Assembly: GCA_965242695.1 (NCBI GenBank)
Contig: CBDESU010000001.1
Coordinates: 320,001-384,000, forward strand
Source of the DNA: Cenarchaeum sp.
Lineage (GTDB): Archaea; Thermoproteota; Nitrososphaeria; Nitrososphaerales; Nitrosopumilaceae
Direction: 5' to 3'
Length of the DNA stretch: 64,000 bases
The translations under genes and the position numbers were made by a program. The notes beneath the pieces were generated by a model. That model was given only the letters and a program-made list of their open reading frames with translations. It made no database searches and was not told the DNA's origin. Every line of letters starts with the position of its first letter. Position 1 is the stretch's first letter. This document shows positions 37,168 through 46,619 of this stretch, piece after piece.

Positions 37168-37722
37168 CTAGCATGCAAACATATGCCCGAATGCGTTCAT
37201 GTCAGATGCGATGTGGATACGCTTATTGGCACTAGGAGCTAGAGCAGACTCTGCATCCTCTCGGAATTTTCGATCAGCTGTAACGAGCAAAATTTGCCTG
37301 TCCTTCCACCTCTTGCTTTCGGCTACATAGATCAAAACATCTAGAAATCTTCTATCGTGGGAATCGCGAATGTGGCTTGACAGCGTGGACACCTTTGGTT
37401 TTACCTTTTCTAGCATAAGACGCACTCTTCCAGAATCTCCCGTGTTGATGGCATCAGAAAACGATTTATTAAATATAATCCTAAACGTTTTAGCTACCGC
37501 AGGATAATGGCAGTGGTATAGGCCTGCTTTGTAGTCGTCAGTCATGTCACACGACGCAACTATTGTGACGATCTTGCCCTCGGGCGAGGGACTAATTTCG
37601 TCGCACAGAGTCTTGATCCAATTAGAAAAGATCTTGTCTATCCTAGACGACTCTTGACCGTCGATGATCTTTGGTAGAATGTTGGTATCTAAGATCAGTA
37701 CCAAGTCGTTGGTTTGTATCAA
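37168..37722 (-). CDS. PIN-like domain protein
   Basis: LILDTNIL...DSHDRRFLD...LVTADRKF. Low-GC segment directly after the ATPase gene. Confidence 0.7.
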   Translation of the reverse strand: MIQTNDLVLILDTNILPKIIDGQESSRIDKIFSNWIKTLCDEISPSPEGKIVTIVASCDMTDDYKAGLYHCHYPAVAKTFRIIFNKSFSDAINTGDSGRVRLMLEKVKPKVSTLSSHIRDSHDRRFLDVLIYVAESKRWKDRQILLVTADRKFREDAESALAPSANKRIHIASDMNAFGHMFAC

Positions 37723-37723
37723 T

Positions 37724-38960
37724 TTAAATCGAGAACTCCTCTACCAGCGAGTCGAGCGCCTTTCGAAATATCTCTTGATCTGCGGCGCCAATTGGATCTA
37801 CTGGTATCCTCTCAATCCGCGTGTAGGGTTGTCCATCCCTGTGAAAATAGTACATCCCTATGTCGGAGGCACGGATTTTCTTGTTCGCCACAAGCGCCAA
37901 TATTTTTTTGACGACATAGTCACTATGTGTGGTCAAAAGAAGCTGAATGTTTTTTGATAACGATGTGGACACTATCTCGTCTATTAGAGCGAGCTGCGTC
38001 GACGGCTCTACGTGGGCCTCGGGTTCTTCGATAATGAGAGTGCCTCCATCTTTGACATAGTGGAGGCCAGCTAGGAGGGGCGCAGATGCCAAGAGCCCTG
38101 ACCCTGCAGAACTAATGGCGACTTTGTGACCATGCGGATCTTTATACACTGCATGACTTCGCTTGAGTTTGCCGGTGTTCGACTTGGCGATGATACCTCC
38201 AAATATCTTAGAGAATGACAAGGTTGTGGAACTGTTAAACTCCCTGCTAGGTCTGCCCAGGATAGTTTGAGCAACAAGGTTGTGGCTAACTGCTCTATAT
38301 GGGGAGGGAGACTTCCTAGAGGAGGCATAACGTCTTCTCTTTTTGGTACGCGCGCTCTCCGCCGTCCTGCGATATCTCTCTTGATACTCTGTATGGTAGT
38401 CTGGAGGGCGAATTCCACAAAGCCAAGCTTTAGGTAGATGATATCTGTGAATGACTGTACCGTCCCTGTCCGTCCTGCGGGTATGTACACGCTAGTATTC
38501 TTCGCCTTGCTTGTCTCTTGCCCAACCGCAAGCTGGACCACTACGAGATTGTGAGAAACGAGTGGATACAGTTTATCTACGTATGCAGAATACTCCGCTG
38601 GAGGGGGATTAAAATCCAAGTCGAGGTCGGGCCCTCTGTGGTTCATAGACACAGTCAGACGGCAAGACTTTTGACCATGTGTGACTACCTCATCTCGCTC
38701 CAGTGCGGCGTGCAGTAAGACGGCCAGTCGCCGTACAGCCGGGTCATACCATCCTTGGTGATTTTTTTCTTGTTGTGTCCTAGGAGCCGCAATAGTGACG
38801 GTGGTGACTCGAGCCGTTGTAGCGCGTGTATGAGCCGCGACACAATCGATTTGCCAGTGTTGTTGGGACCAAAGAAGACCATGACCTTCTTCAGGTCGAC
38901 TTCGCCTTCTGTCACCGGCCCTATGTTCATAATGTGTATCCGCTTGCACTTCATGCGCAT
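37724..38960 (-). pseudogene. ABC-type (AAA_15/AAA_21) ATPase split by two frameshifts
   Basis: NIGPV..GPNNTGKS (38685..38972), YIPAGRTG (38071..38949), and SSAGSG, IIEEPEAH, TTHSDY (37724..38221), in three frames. Confidence 0.85.
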
Positions 38961-39316
38961 GGCGCTCGGCACGCCGGAGTATATTTAACAGTTACCGACG
39001 TGGTTGATGGATGACGGGGGCGCGGGGCGCGGGGCGCGGGGCGCGATGCACGATGCACGTCTCGCATGTTTTAAGGCTTTTGTAGTGGAGGGCAGAAAAA
39101 CTAGCACTTCATACGTTCATCGGTCGGGACAAGCTACTTGTGCCAAGTCTTTGATGTGCTGCACAGGACGAATACTTGTGCGCCGTGCGGCCCTGCTACC
39201 CTTCTCCCCTCCTCGTGCCGGTCTTTTGCATGGGTGGTGACCATGCCGTCGTCCTATCCTTGCCAGCGTGTCCGCAGATGGCAACTATTTAATAGGCTAC
39301 TATTTGGCTGTCTTTT

Positions 39317-40597
39317 GTGACGTTCCAGCTGACGCCCGTGACGGGCAGCCGCCTGGTCGGGCGCCGCGCCGAGCTTGGCCGCCTGGTCGGCGACCTGTCC
39401 GACAGAAGGTCGAGAGTCGGCGTGCCGCTGGCTGGCGTAAGAAGGGTCGGCAAGACTAGCCTGCTCCTGGAGGCCAAGCGCAGGCTGGAGGCTAGGGGAG
39501 TCGTCGTAGTCTACGTGTCGGCGTGGCGGCCGGCGATCGACAGGCTTGACGCGTTTACAGAGTATAGTCCCGAGCGTAAGTTTCTGACCCTTTTGCGTGC
39601 ATCGATTAGGCGTCGATGTAGCAAAAAGGGGGTCAAGAACATGCGCTCGTGACTATACCTGCTCGGCGAGACGCTCGAGTCGTTCAGGGGCGGGATTGGC
39701 CTGCGGGCTAGGGCGTCAAACCTCTTGGCAATGCGCGGCGGCGCGCTTGCCGGCTTTCTCAAGGACGCCAAGGTGACGGCAGAGGCGGCGGAGGGCATCG
39801 CACGCGCGCTGTCCTTTGTGCGCGGCGAGTCGTCAAACGCCTCCGAGGCCGTCTCGGACGCGTTCATGCTGCCTGACCAGCTTGCCGCGCAGTGCGGGCG
39901 AAGGTGCGTCCTGATCATAGACGAGTTTCCGTCCCTTGCGGAGCTGAAGGCCGGCGGCAAGAGGGCGGTCGGCGGATCGATCGTGCGGACCGTCGGGACG
40001 TTCAACGAGGAGTACAGGCGGACCGCACTGGCGATCTCCGCATCCGAGCCCGGCGCCGTCGGGGGCGCCGCAGCGTCGCGCCAGGCGCCGCTGTACGGGC
40101 AGCTGTCGACCGTGCAGATCGAGCCGTTCGGAAGCGGCGGGGTGCGCAAGTTCGCCTCGAGGTACCTGCCGGACATGGATGCATCCGGAGACGGAATTGA
40201 AGGACTGCTCGGCGCGTCGGGTGGCCTGCCGCACAACCTGCAGGCGATCGGGAGGGAGATTGGGAGGATCGGGCAGGGGAAGCTCGACGCGGGCCTGGTC
40301 AAGAGGGCCGTTGCGGGCGTCATTGCCAGGGAAGGCAGGATCCACTTTGATGCGTACCTTGCCGCGATGCGGCCGTCCGAGGTGCGGGCGGCCCGCATCA
40401 TGGCCCTTCGCGGGGCGGGAGAGGCATGCCGGCCGTGCGACATGGCTCCGGCAGTGGCCGGAAGCGGGGGACTTCCCATGAACAAGGCGACCGCGCTGCT
40501 CTCGGGCATGCTCGCCAAGGGGATCGTCCTGAGGGAGGGTGCCGGGCGGTACCGCCTGGCCGACCCCCTGTTCGGGGCGTGGCTTGCCGCGGAATAG
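39317..40597 (+). pseudogene. Archaeal AAA ATPase (ATPase_2-type) interrupted by a MITE
   Basis: LVGRRAEL, GVRRVGKTSL in ORF 39317..39652 and IIDEFP, SGGLP, ADPLF in 39725..40597. Same frame, continuous once the insert is removed. Confidence 0.85.
39565..39655. mobile_element. 91-bp MITE with TA target duplication
   Basis: Left end TAGTCCCGAGCGTAAGTTTCTGACCC versus reverse complement of right end TAGTCACGAGCGCATGTTCTTGACCC. TA at 39563-64 and 39656-57. Confidence 0.88.
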
Positions 40598-40908
40598 CGC
40601 GGCGGGGCTCCCGCCCGGAGCGGCACTATACCGGGCCGCCTTCCTGTGGATGCGGACGGGAGGGAGGTATCGCGGACGCGATCGCACCGCGGCGCCTTGG
40701 CCTGCCCCTGACCGCCTTGCGATCGGACGCGCAGTGGCCGTCCGCCCGCAGCGCGCAGAGCCCTGCCCGCATGCACCGGGCTGCTGGCGCCTGCCGAGTT
40801 GTCCGGCACGGCATGCGATCGACGCCGCCCTCATGCCCCCGGGATGCAGGCCACGGCCCGCGCCTAGGATTCCTTTAAAAGGCCCTCGTCGGGCGCGCGC
40901 ATGAACCG

Positions 40909-43794
40909 ATGAGGTCAGTGTACTTTTTCGACGAGGGCGACGGCAACGACAGGCGACTCTTGGGCGGCAAGGGCGCCGGACTGTGCGAGATGACCTCGCT
41001 GGGCCTGCCCGTCCCGCCGGGCTTTGTCATAACGACCGACGTGTGCAGGGCGTACTATGCGGGCGGGCGGCGCCTGCCGTCCGGCGCCCTGGACCAGGTG
41101 CGCCGCGCCATAACCAGGCTGGAGCGCGAGACCGGCAAGGGTTGGAACTCGCCCGACAACCCCCTTTTGGTCTCGGTAAGGTCGGGCGCAGCGGTCTCGA
41201 TGCCGGGAATGATGGACACCATACTCAACCTGGGCCTCAACGACCGGACGGTCGAGGGCCTTGCGAGGGCGAGCTCGGACGATCGCTTCGCGTGGGACTC
41301 TTACCGCAGGTTTGTCCAGCTGTTCGGCAAGGTCGTCTTTGGGGTCGACGATTCAAAGTTCGAGGCCGTGCTCGACGCGGCAAAGAGGCGCACCGGCGCC
41401 AAGGGCGACGGCGACCTGGACGCCAAGACGCTCCGCGGCATCGTCTCAAAGTTCAAGGACATCTGCAAGAGGCACACGGGGAGGGCGTTCCCTGCCAGCC
41501 CGGATGCGCAGCTGAGGATGGCCGTGCAGGCCGTGTTTGGCAGCTGGATGGGCGAGCGCGCCGTCGTGTACAGGGCAAACGAGGGGATCACGCCGGACAT
41601 TGCGGACGGGACGGCCGTCAACGTCGTCGCCATGGTGTTTGGCAACATGGGGGGCACGAGCGCGACCGGCGTCGTATTCACGCGCGACCCCGGCGACGGC
41701 GCAAGGCGGCTGTTCGGCGAGTACCTGGTCAACGCGCAGGGCGAGGATGTCGTGGCCGGCACGCGCACGCCAAAGCAGATCGACCTCTTGCGCGCCGAGA
41801 TGCCGCGCACCGACGCCGAGCTGAGGCGCGTGTGCGCCAGGCTCGAAAAGCACTACCGCGAGCCGCAGGACATCGAGTTTACCGTAGAGCGCGGGCGGTT
41901 CTACCTGCTGCAGACGCGGGCTGCAAAGACGAACGCGGTCGCGATGGTAAAGTTCTCGGCAGACATGGTCCGCGAGGGGCTGATCACACGGGAGCAGGGC
42001 CTGCGCCGCCTAAAGCTCGACAAGCTAGAGCAGCTCCTGCATCCCACGCTGGACCCAAAGGCGGCGTCTGGGGCCGAGCCGGCCGTGAAGGGGATCGCCG
42101 CATCGCCGGGGGCCGCCTCTGGAATCGCCGTGTTCGACACGGGCAGGGCCGCAAAGGCGGGCGGCGAGGGCAAGCCGGTCATACTCGTGCGGGACGAGAC
42201 AAAGCCCGAGGATGTGCCGGCGTTCTACAAGTCGGTCGGCATACTGACGAGCAGGGGCGGCAAGTCCTCGCACGCGGCCGTCGTGGCCCGCGGCATGGGC
42301 AAGCCGTGCATCGTGGGCACGTCAGGCATGCGCATAGACTATGCAAAGGCGCAATGCTCGATGCCCGGCGGCGCCGTCATACGCGAGGGCGAGACGATAA
42401 CGATCGACGGCAGCGACGGGTCGGTGTACAGGGGGGCCCTGCCGACGGTCAAGCCGAGGATCATACCAGAGTTCAAGACCGTACTTGGGTGGGCACACGC
42501 GGCCAAGCGGCTCGGCGTGCGGGCCAACGCCGACACGCCGGCCGCGGCACGGCAGGCGCGCGAGTACGGCGCGCGCGGCATCGGGCTGTGCAGGACCGAG
42601 CGCATGTTCAACGAAGAGGGGCGCATCGGACCGTTCCAGGACATGATCATGGCATCGTCGGACGCCGAGAGGCGCCGGCACCTCAAGAGGCTTGCCGCCA
42701 TGCAGCGCCGCGACTTTGAAAAGATACTAGAGGCCATGAAAGGACACCCGGTCACCATACGCTTGTTCGACCCCCCATTGCATGAGTTTCTGCCAAAGCC
42801 GGAGGAGCTAGAGGCCGAGTTGCGCGATATGAGCGAACGGCGTGCAGCTGGGGCGAAGGGGTGCGCCGTGCGGGCCCGCCTGGACAGGGCGCGCGAGCTG
42901 TCCGAGGAGAACCCGATGATGGGCCACCGCGGCGTGCGCGTCGGCGTCACGTATCCTGAAATATACGAGATGCAGATCGGGGCTGTCTTTGACGCGGCCG
43001 CCGCCCTGAGGCGGCGCGGCATTGATGCACGCCCGCAGATAATGGTTCCGCAGGTCGGCAGCGCGTCGGAACTGGCCTACGTCAAGCGCATATTCGACTC
43101 GGTCGCGGCACGAAAGAGGTCGGGCGGGGCGAGGGTGCGCGTCGCGTTCGGCACGATGATCGAGGTGGTAAGGGCCGCCCTGACTGCGGGCGAACTCGTC
43201 GCCGCCGACGCGTCCTTTTTCAGCTTTGGCACGAACGACCTTACGCAGGCTACGTACAGCTTTAGCCGCGAAGATGCAGAGGGCAAGTTCCTGCCGCAGT
43301 ACCTAGACGAGGGCTTGCTGGATGGAAACCCGTTCGAGTCGCTAGACAGGTATGGAGTGGGCCAGCTCATCAAGATTGCCGTCGAGGATGGGCGCCGTGC
43401 CGATGCGGGACTGGAGATCGGCATATGCGGCGAGCACGGCGGCGATCCGGCGTCGATAAAGTTCTGCCACGGCGCCGGGGTGAGCTATGTGAGCGCGTCT
43501 GCGCTCAGGGTGCCGATCGCAATAGTGGCAGCGGCGCAGGCGGCGCTGGAGGATGGCGGACGCGGTAGCGGCGCGCCGGCCAAGGCCAAGAGGGGAGCCG
43601 CCGCCCCCGCCAAGAGACAGGCGACCCCTGCCAAGGCCAAGAGGCGTGCAGCTGCCCCTGCCAAGAGAAAGGCCGCCCCTGCCAAGGCCAAGAGGCGTGC
43701 AGCTGCCCCTGCCAAGAGAAAGGCCGCCCCTGCCAAGGCCAAGAGGAGGGCCGCGCCGACCGCTTCTGCCCGCCGCCGCCGCCGTTCGCGCTAG
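40909..43794 (+). CDS. ppdK: Pyruvate, phosphate dikinase with basic C-terminal tail
   Basis: LGGKGAGL, SVRSGA..SMPGMMDT, QGEDVVAG, SHAAVVARGMG, GIGLCRTE, SFGTNDLTQ, GICGEHGG. TTTAAAA promoter at 40874-40880. Confidence 0.97.
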   Translation: MRSVYFFDEGDGNDRRLLGGKGAGLCEMTSLGLPVPPGFVITTDVCRAYYAGGRRLPSGALDQVRRAITRLERETGKGWNSPDNPLLVSVRSGAAVSMPGMMDTILNLGLNDRTVEGLARASSDDRFAWDSYRRFVQLFGKVVFGVDDSKFEAVLDAAKRRTGAKGDGDLDAKTLRGIVSKFKDICKRHTGRAFPASPDAQLRMAVQAVFGSWMGERAVVYRANEGITPDIADGTAVNVVAMVFGNMGGTSATGVVFTRDPGDGARRLFGEYLVNAQGEDVVAGTRTPKQIDLLRAEMPRTDAELRRVCARLEKHYREPQDIEFTVERGRFYLLQTRAAKTNAVAMVKFSADMVREGLITREQGLRRLKLDKLEQLLHPTLDPKAASGAEPAVKGIAASPGAASGIAVFDTGRAAKAGGEGKPVILVRDETKPEDVPAFYKSVGILTSRGGKSSHAAVVARGMGKPCIVGTSGMRIDYAKAQCSMPGGAVIREGETITIDGSDGSVYRGALPTVKPRIIPEFKTVLGWAHAAKRLGVRANADTPAAARQAREYGARGIGLCRTERMFNEEGRIGPFQDMIMASSDAERRRHLKRLAAMQRRDFEKILEAMKGHPVTIRLFDPPLHEFLPKPEELEAELRDMSERRAAGAKGCAVRARLDRARELSEENPMMGHRGVRVGVTYPEIYEMQIGAVFDAAAALRRRGIDARPQIMVPQVGSASELAYVKRIFDSVAARKRSGGARVRVAFGTMIEVVRAALTAGELVAADASFFSFGTNDLTQATYSFSREDAEGKFLPQYLDEGLLDGNPFESLDRYGVGQLIKIAVEDGRRADAGLEIGICGEHGGDPASIKFCHGAGVSYVSASALRVPIAIVAAAQAALEDGGRGSGAPAKAKRGAAAPAKRQATPAKAKRRAAAPAKRKAAPAKAKRRAAAPAKRKAAPAKAKRRAAPTASARRRRRSR
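43575..43750 (+). repeat. Tandem repeat encoding the AKAKRRAAAPAKRKAAP tail
   Basis: Recurrent CCCCTGCCAAGGCCAAGAGG units with a 51-bp period. Confidence 0.85.
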
Positions 43795-43863
43795 CCGCGC
43801 CGCCCCGCAAGTTCGATGCATGCCCCCACTAGTCTTATTTGCCGCCGCTGTCCCCGCCGCGCC

Positions 43864-44349
43864 ATGGCGTTGAACCGGCAGGTCCTCGACTTGGGGTACG
43901 TCCTGCGCCACTTCCCAGACCTAGAGTTCGGGGTGGGGGACACTGGGCACCGCCTGCGCGTGCAAAGGTTTGTTTACCTGCTGCAATCGTTCGACATCTA
44001 CCTCGGCTACGACTACACGTGGTACATGCACGGGCCGTACTGCACGACGCTCGCCGCCATGGCCAGGGCGCTCAGCGGCATATACGACAAGATTCCGTAC
44101 GACCAGGGCATGGCCTTTGTCGACCCCGGCGTGCAGAGGCGCTTTGAGAGGTTCAAGAGGTTCATCGGCGGGCGCGAGAACGACGGCGCCTTTCTCGAGA
44201 TTGCCGCGTCCCTGCACGTGCTCCACAGGACGAGCGGCCTGTCGTGCCCCGACATAATCAAGAGGGTCGCCGCCGAGAGCAAGCGGTTTAAGGAGACCGA
44301 GTGCGGCCGCGTATGGGTGGAGATGGAAGAATGGGGGCTGATGAAGTAG
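43864..44349 (+). CDS. YwgA/SocA (Panacea)-like antitoxin-type protein
   Basis: LRVQRFVYLLQ...YDYTWYMHGPYC...LEIAASL pattern. Confidence 0.65.
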   Translation: MALNRQVLDLGYVLRHFPDLEFGVGDTGHRLRVQRFVYLLQSFDIYLGYDYTWYMHGPYCTTLAAMARALSGIYDKIPYDQGMAFVDPGVQRRFERFKRFIGGRENDGAFLEIAASLHVLHRTSGLSCPDIIKRVAAESKRFKETECGRVWVEMEEWGLMK

Positions 44350-44621
44350 GCCCGGCGCCGGAGGACGGGGGTGCGGATGCGGGATCCGTCGACCGGATCA
44401 CCTTCGTCGACCTAGACAGCCCGCACCCCGACATGGAGCGCAGGATGCGCGAGACGGGGTTCTGCCACCTCCTCATGGATGCGAAGGAGAGCGGCGGGGA
44501 GATTTCCCTGATCGGGAGGGACATCTTCAGGAAGGAAGAGCTGCGCCCGTTTGTCGACGAGTTACACATGACCGACGGGGCCATTCCCGTGGAACTGGTG
44601 CGGGAAGAGCTGGATGGCTAG
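44331..44621 (+). CDS. Small acidic hypothetical protein
   Basis: Overlaps the end of the upstream gene. Protein-like composition. Confidence 0.55.
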   Translation: MGADEVGPAPEDGGADAGSVDRITFVDLDSPHPDMERRMRETGFCHLLMDAKESGGEISLIGRDIFRKEELRPFVDELHMTDGAIPVELVREELDG

Positions 44622-44824
44622 CGCCGCCTCCGCCCACCCCCCGCCGGACGGGGCATGCCGGCACCACCCCGCGCAGTCCGAACCTGGGCCGCCGCCGGCC
44701 CGTCTAGGGCAATGACTTCGCCGGCAAGGGGCGGGAGCGACAGGGGCCCAAGCCGCACGTTAATAGAGTGCTGCACGCATCGCGTGGCATGGGATGGCGT
44801 TCGAGCCGGGGGCGGGAGCACGGA

Positions 44825-46420
44825 ATGCGGCGCAGGGCGCAGCTCTCTTCCCTCGCCTTGGCCGCGGTGCTGGCGCTGGCCGCCGCAGCCGCGGCGCAGC
44901 AGGCCCATGCTGATGCGCACGACTCGGCGGCGCGCCCTGGCGGCGCGCCCGGTCTGCCCGTCCTGGAAATAGGGGCGCTCGTGACGCTCGGCGACGGGCC
45001 GTTCAACGACGTCATGCGGCTCGAGGCGATCCGACTTGCCGTCGACGACTACAACAGCAACGCCACGAAATCGTTCTCGATCAGCCTGTCCGTCCACGAG
45101 TTTGACCGCTCGGCGCCGGTCGAGTCGTACCGTGATGCGTTCAACGGCGGCGCGGGCCCCCTGCTGTTCATCGGGCCCACCACGAGCGCGCCGGTCGCGG
45201 CCATTGCGGGTCCCGCGACGGCCGACGGCGCAGTAGTCGTCAGCCCAGCCTCGTCGGCCATGTCGCTTGCGGTCGCCGGCGACGCCGTGTTCCGGCTCTC
45301 TCCGGACGGATACCTGCAGGCGAGCGCCATCGCGGCCATGGTCGACGATGCCGGCGCCGGCGCCGCGTTTCTGGCCGCGCAGGACGACACGTACGGCCGC
45401 GACCTTGCCGCATCGCTCGGCGGGGTCCTGCCGCTGCGCGGCATATCCGTCGAGGGCGAGGTATTCTTCGAGAGGGGGGAGGAGGAATGGGGCGGCCCCG
45501 CCGCCGAACTCGACGAGGCCGTGTCCTCGGCAGAGGAAGAGCCGGCGGTCGTGTTCATCGGCGTCGACGAGGACTTTGCGGGGCTGGCAGCCGAGGCGCG
45601 CGCCGGCGCCTATCCGGCGCTTGCCGCCGCGCGCTGGTTCGACTCGGGCGCCGTAGAGAACAGCCCCCTTGTCGCGGCCGATCCGGACGCCGCGGCGTTT
45701 GCCGAGTCGGTCGGGTTTGCGACCCCCGTCCCATCTCCGCCGCCGACCGGCCTGAGCGGGAGGATCGACCGCATGGTCGGCGCGGCCACGGGCGGCTCGC
45801 CCCACATGTTCGAGTACGGGGCGTACGATGCCGTGTTCCTGCTGGCGGCCGCGGCAGAGTCTGCCGGGTTTCCGGACATGCCCGTCGACGGGCCGGCCGT
45901 CCGCGAGGCACTGCCTGCCGTGGCGGGGCAGTACGTCGGCGCGCTAGGCGACGTGCGGCTCGACGATGCGGGCGATCTGGTCCGGCCGGACGACCATGCG
46001 GTATGGTCGCTGCGCGGGGGCGAGTGGGTGCGCACGGGGACGGTGCATGCGGCGCGCGAGGCCGATGCGAACAGGGCGCTTGCCGCAGAGGCTGCCGCCG
46101 CGGCGGCAGCGGCGGCCGGGGGCGTTCCGGCTGCACCCGCCGCCGGGGGCGGAGGCTGCCTCGTGGCCGCTGCAGCGTACGGTACCGAGCTTGCCCCGCA
46201 GGTGCAGCACCTGCGAGAGATGCGCGATCGCACCATCGAGCGGTCCGCGGCCGAATCGTACGCGGTGCATATGCTCTCGGCCGCCTACTATTCCCTCTCG
46301 CCGGCCGCCGCCGATGCGCTGCGGGGCCACCCTGTACTGTCTGCCGCCGCCGATGCGCTGCTGATCGAGCCCATTGTGACGGCCCTGTCCATGGGTGGCC
46401 GTGCCGATCCGCCCCTGTAG
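44825..46420 (+). CDS. ABC substrate-binding protein (LivJ/periplasmic binding type 1) with truncated CFI-box-CTERM
   Basis: Signal peptide. FIGPTTS, VVSPASSA, VFRLSPD, DDTYG, AYDAV. C-terminal GGCLVAAAAYGTELAPQVQHLRE. Confidence 0.88.
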   Translation: MRRRAQLSSLALAAVLALAAAAAAQQAHADAHDSAARPGGAPGLPVLEIGALVTLGDGPFNDVMRLEAIRLAVDDYNSNATKSFSISLSVHEFDRSAPVESYRDAFNGGAGPLLFIGPTTSAPVAAIAGPATADGAVVVSPASSAMSLAVAGDAVFRLSPDGYLQASAIAAMVDDAGAGAAFLAAQDDTYGRDLAASLGGVLPLRGISVEGEVFFERGEEEWGGPAAELDEAVSSAEEEPAVVFIGVDEDFAGLAAEARAGAYPALAAARWFDSGAVENSPLVAADPDAAAFAESVGFATPVPSPPPTGLSGRIDRMVGAATGGSPHMFEYGAYDAVFLLAAAAESAGFPDMPVDGPAVREALPAVAGQYVGALGDVRLDDAGDLVRPDDHAVWSLRGGEWVRTGTVHAAREADANRALAAEAAAAAAAAAGGVPAAPAAGGGGCLVAAAAYGTELAPQVQHLREMRDRTIERSAAESYAVHMLSAAYYSLSPAAADALRGHPVLSAAADALLIEPIVTALSMGGRADPPL

Positions 46421-46619
46421 GCGCCGGCCGTAATGTACGGCCAGGCGGCGGCCGTGCGTGCTGCACGCGCGGCGCCTGCGCCCATGCCGCCCCCGTACTA
46501 GCGTGCGCCATGCGGGGGCTGGCCATGGCCGGCTGCGGTTTGGCGCCTGGCAGGGCGCCCGCAGCCGCTGTGACGGCCCAACGATGCTCTTATATGCACC
46601 CCCTTGACCACGCCGCCCG

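Noticed and set aside
38984-38995. AACAGTTAC as a second IS66 end
   Set aside because: Same orientation as the end at 35321, only a 9-bp match, and it abuts the ATPase TATA box.
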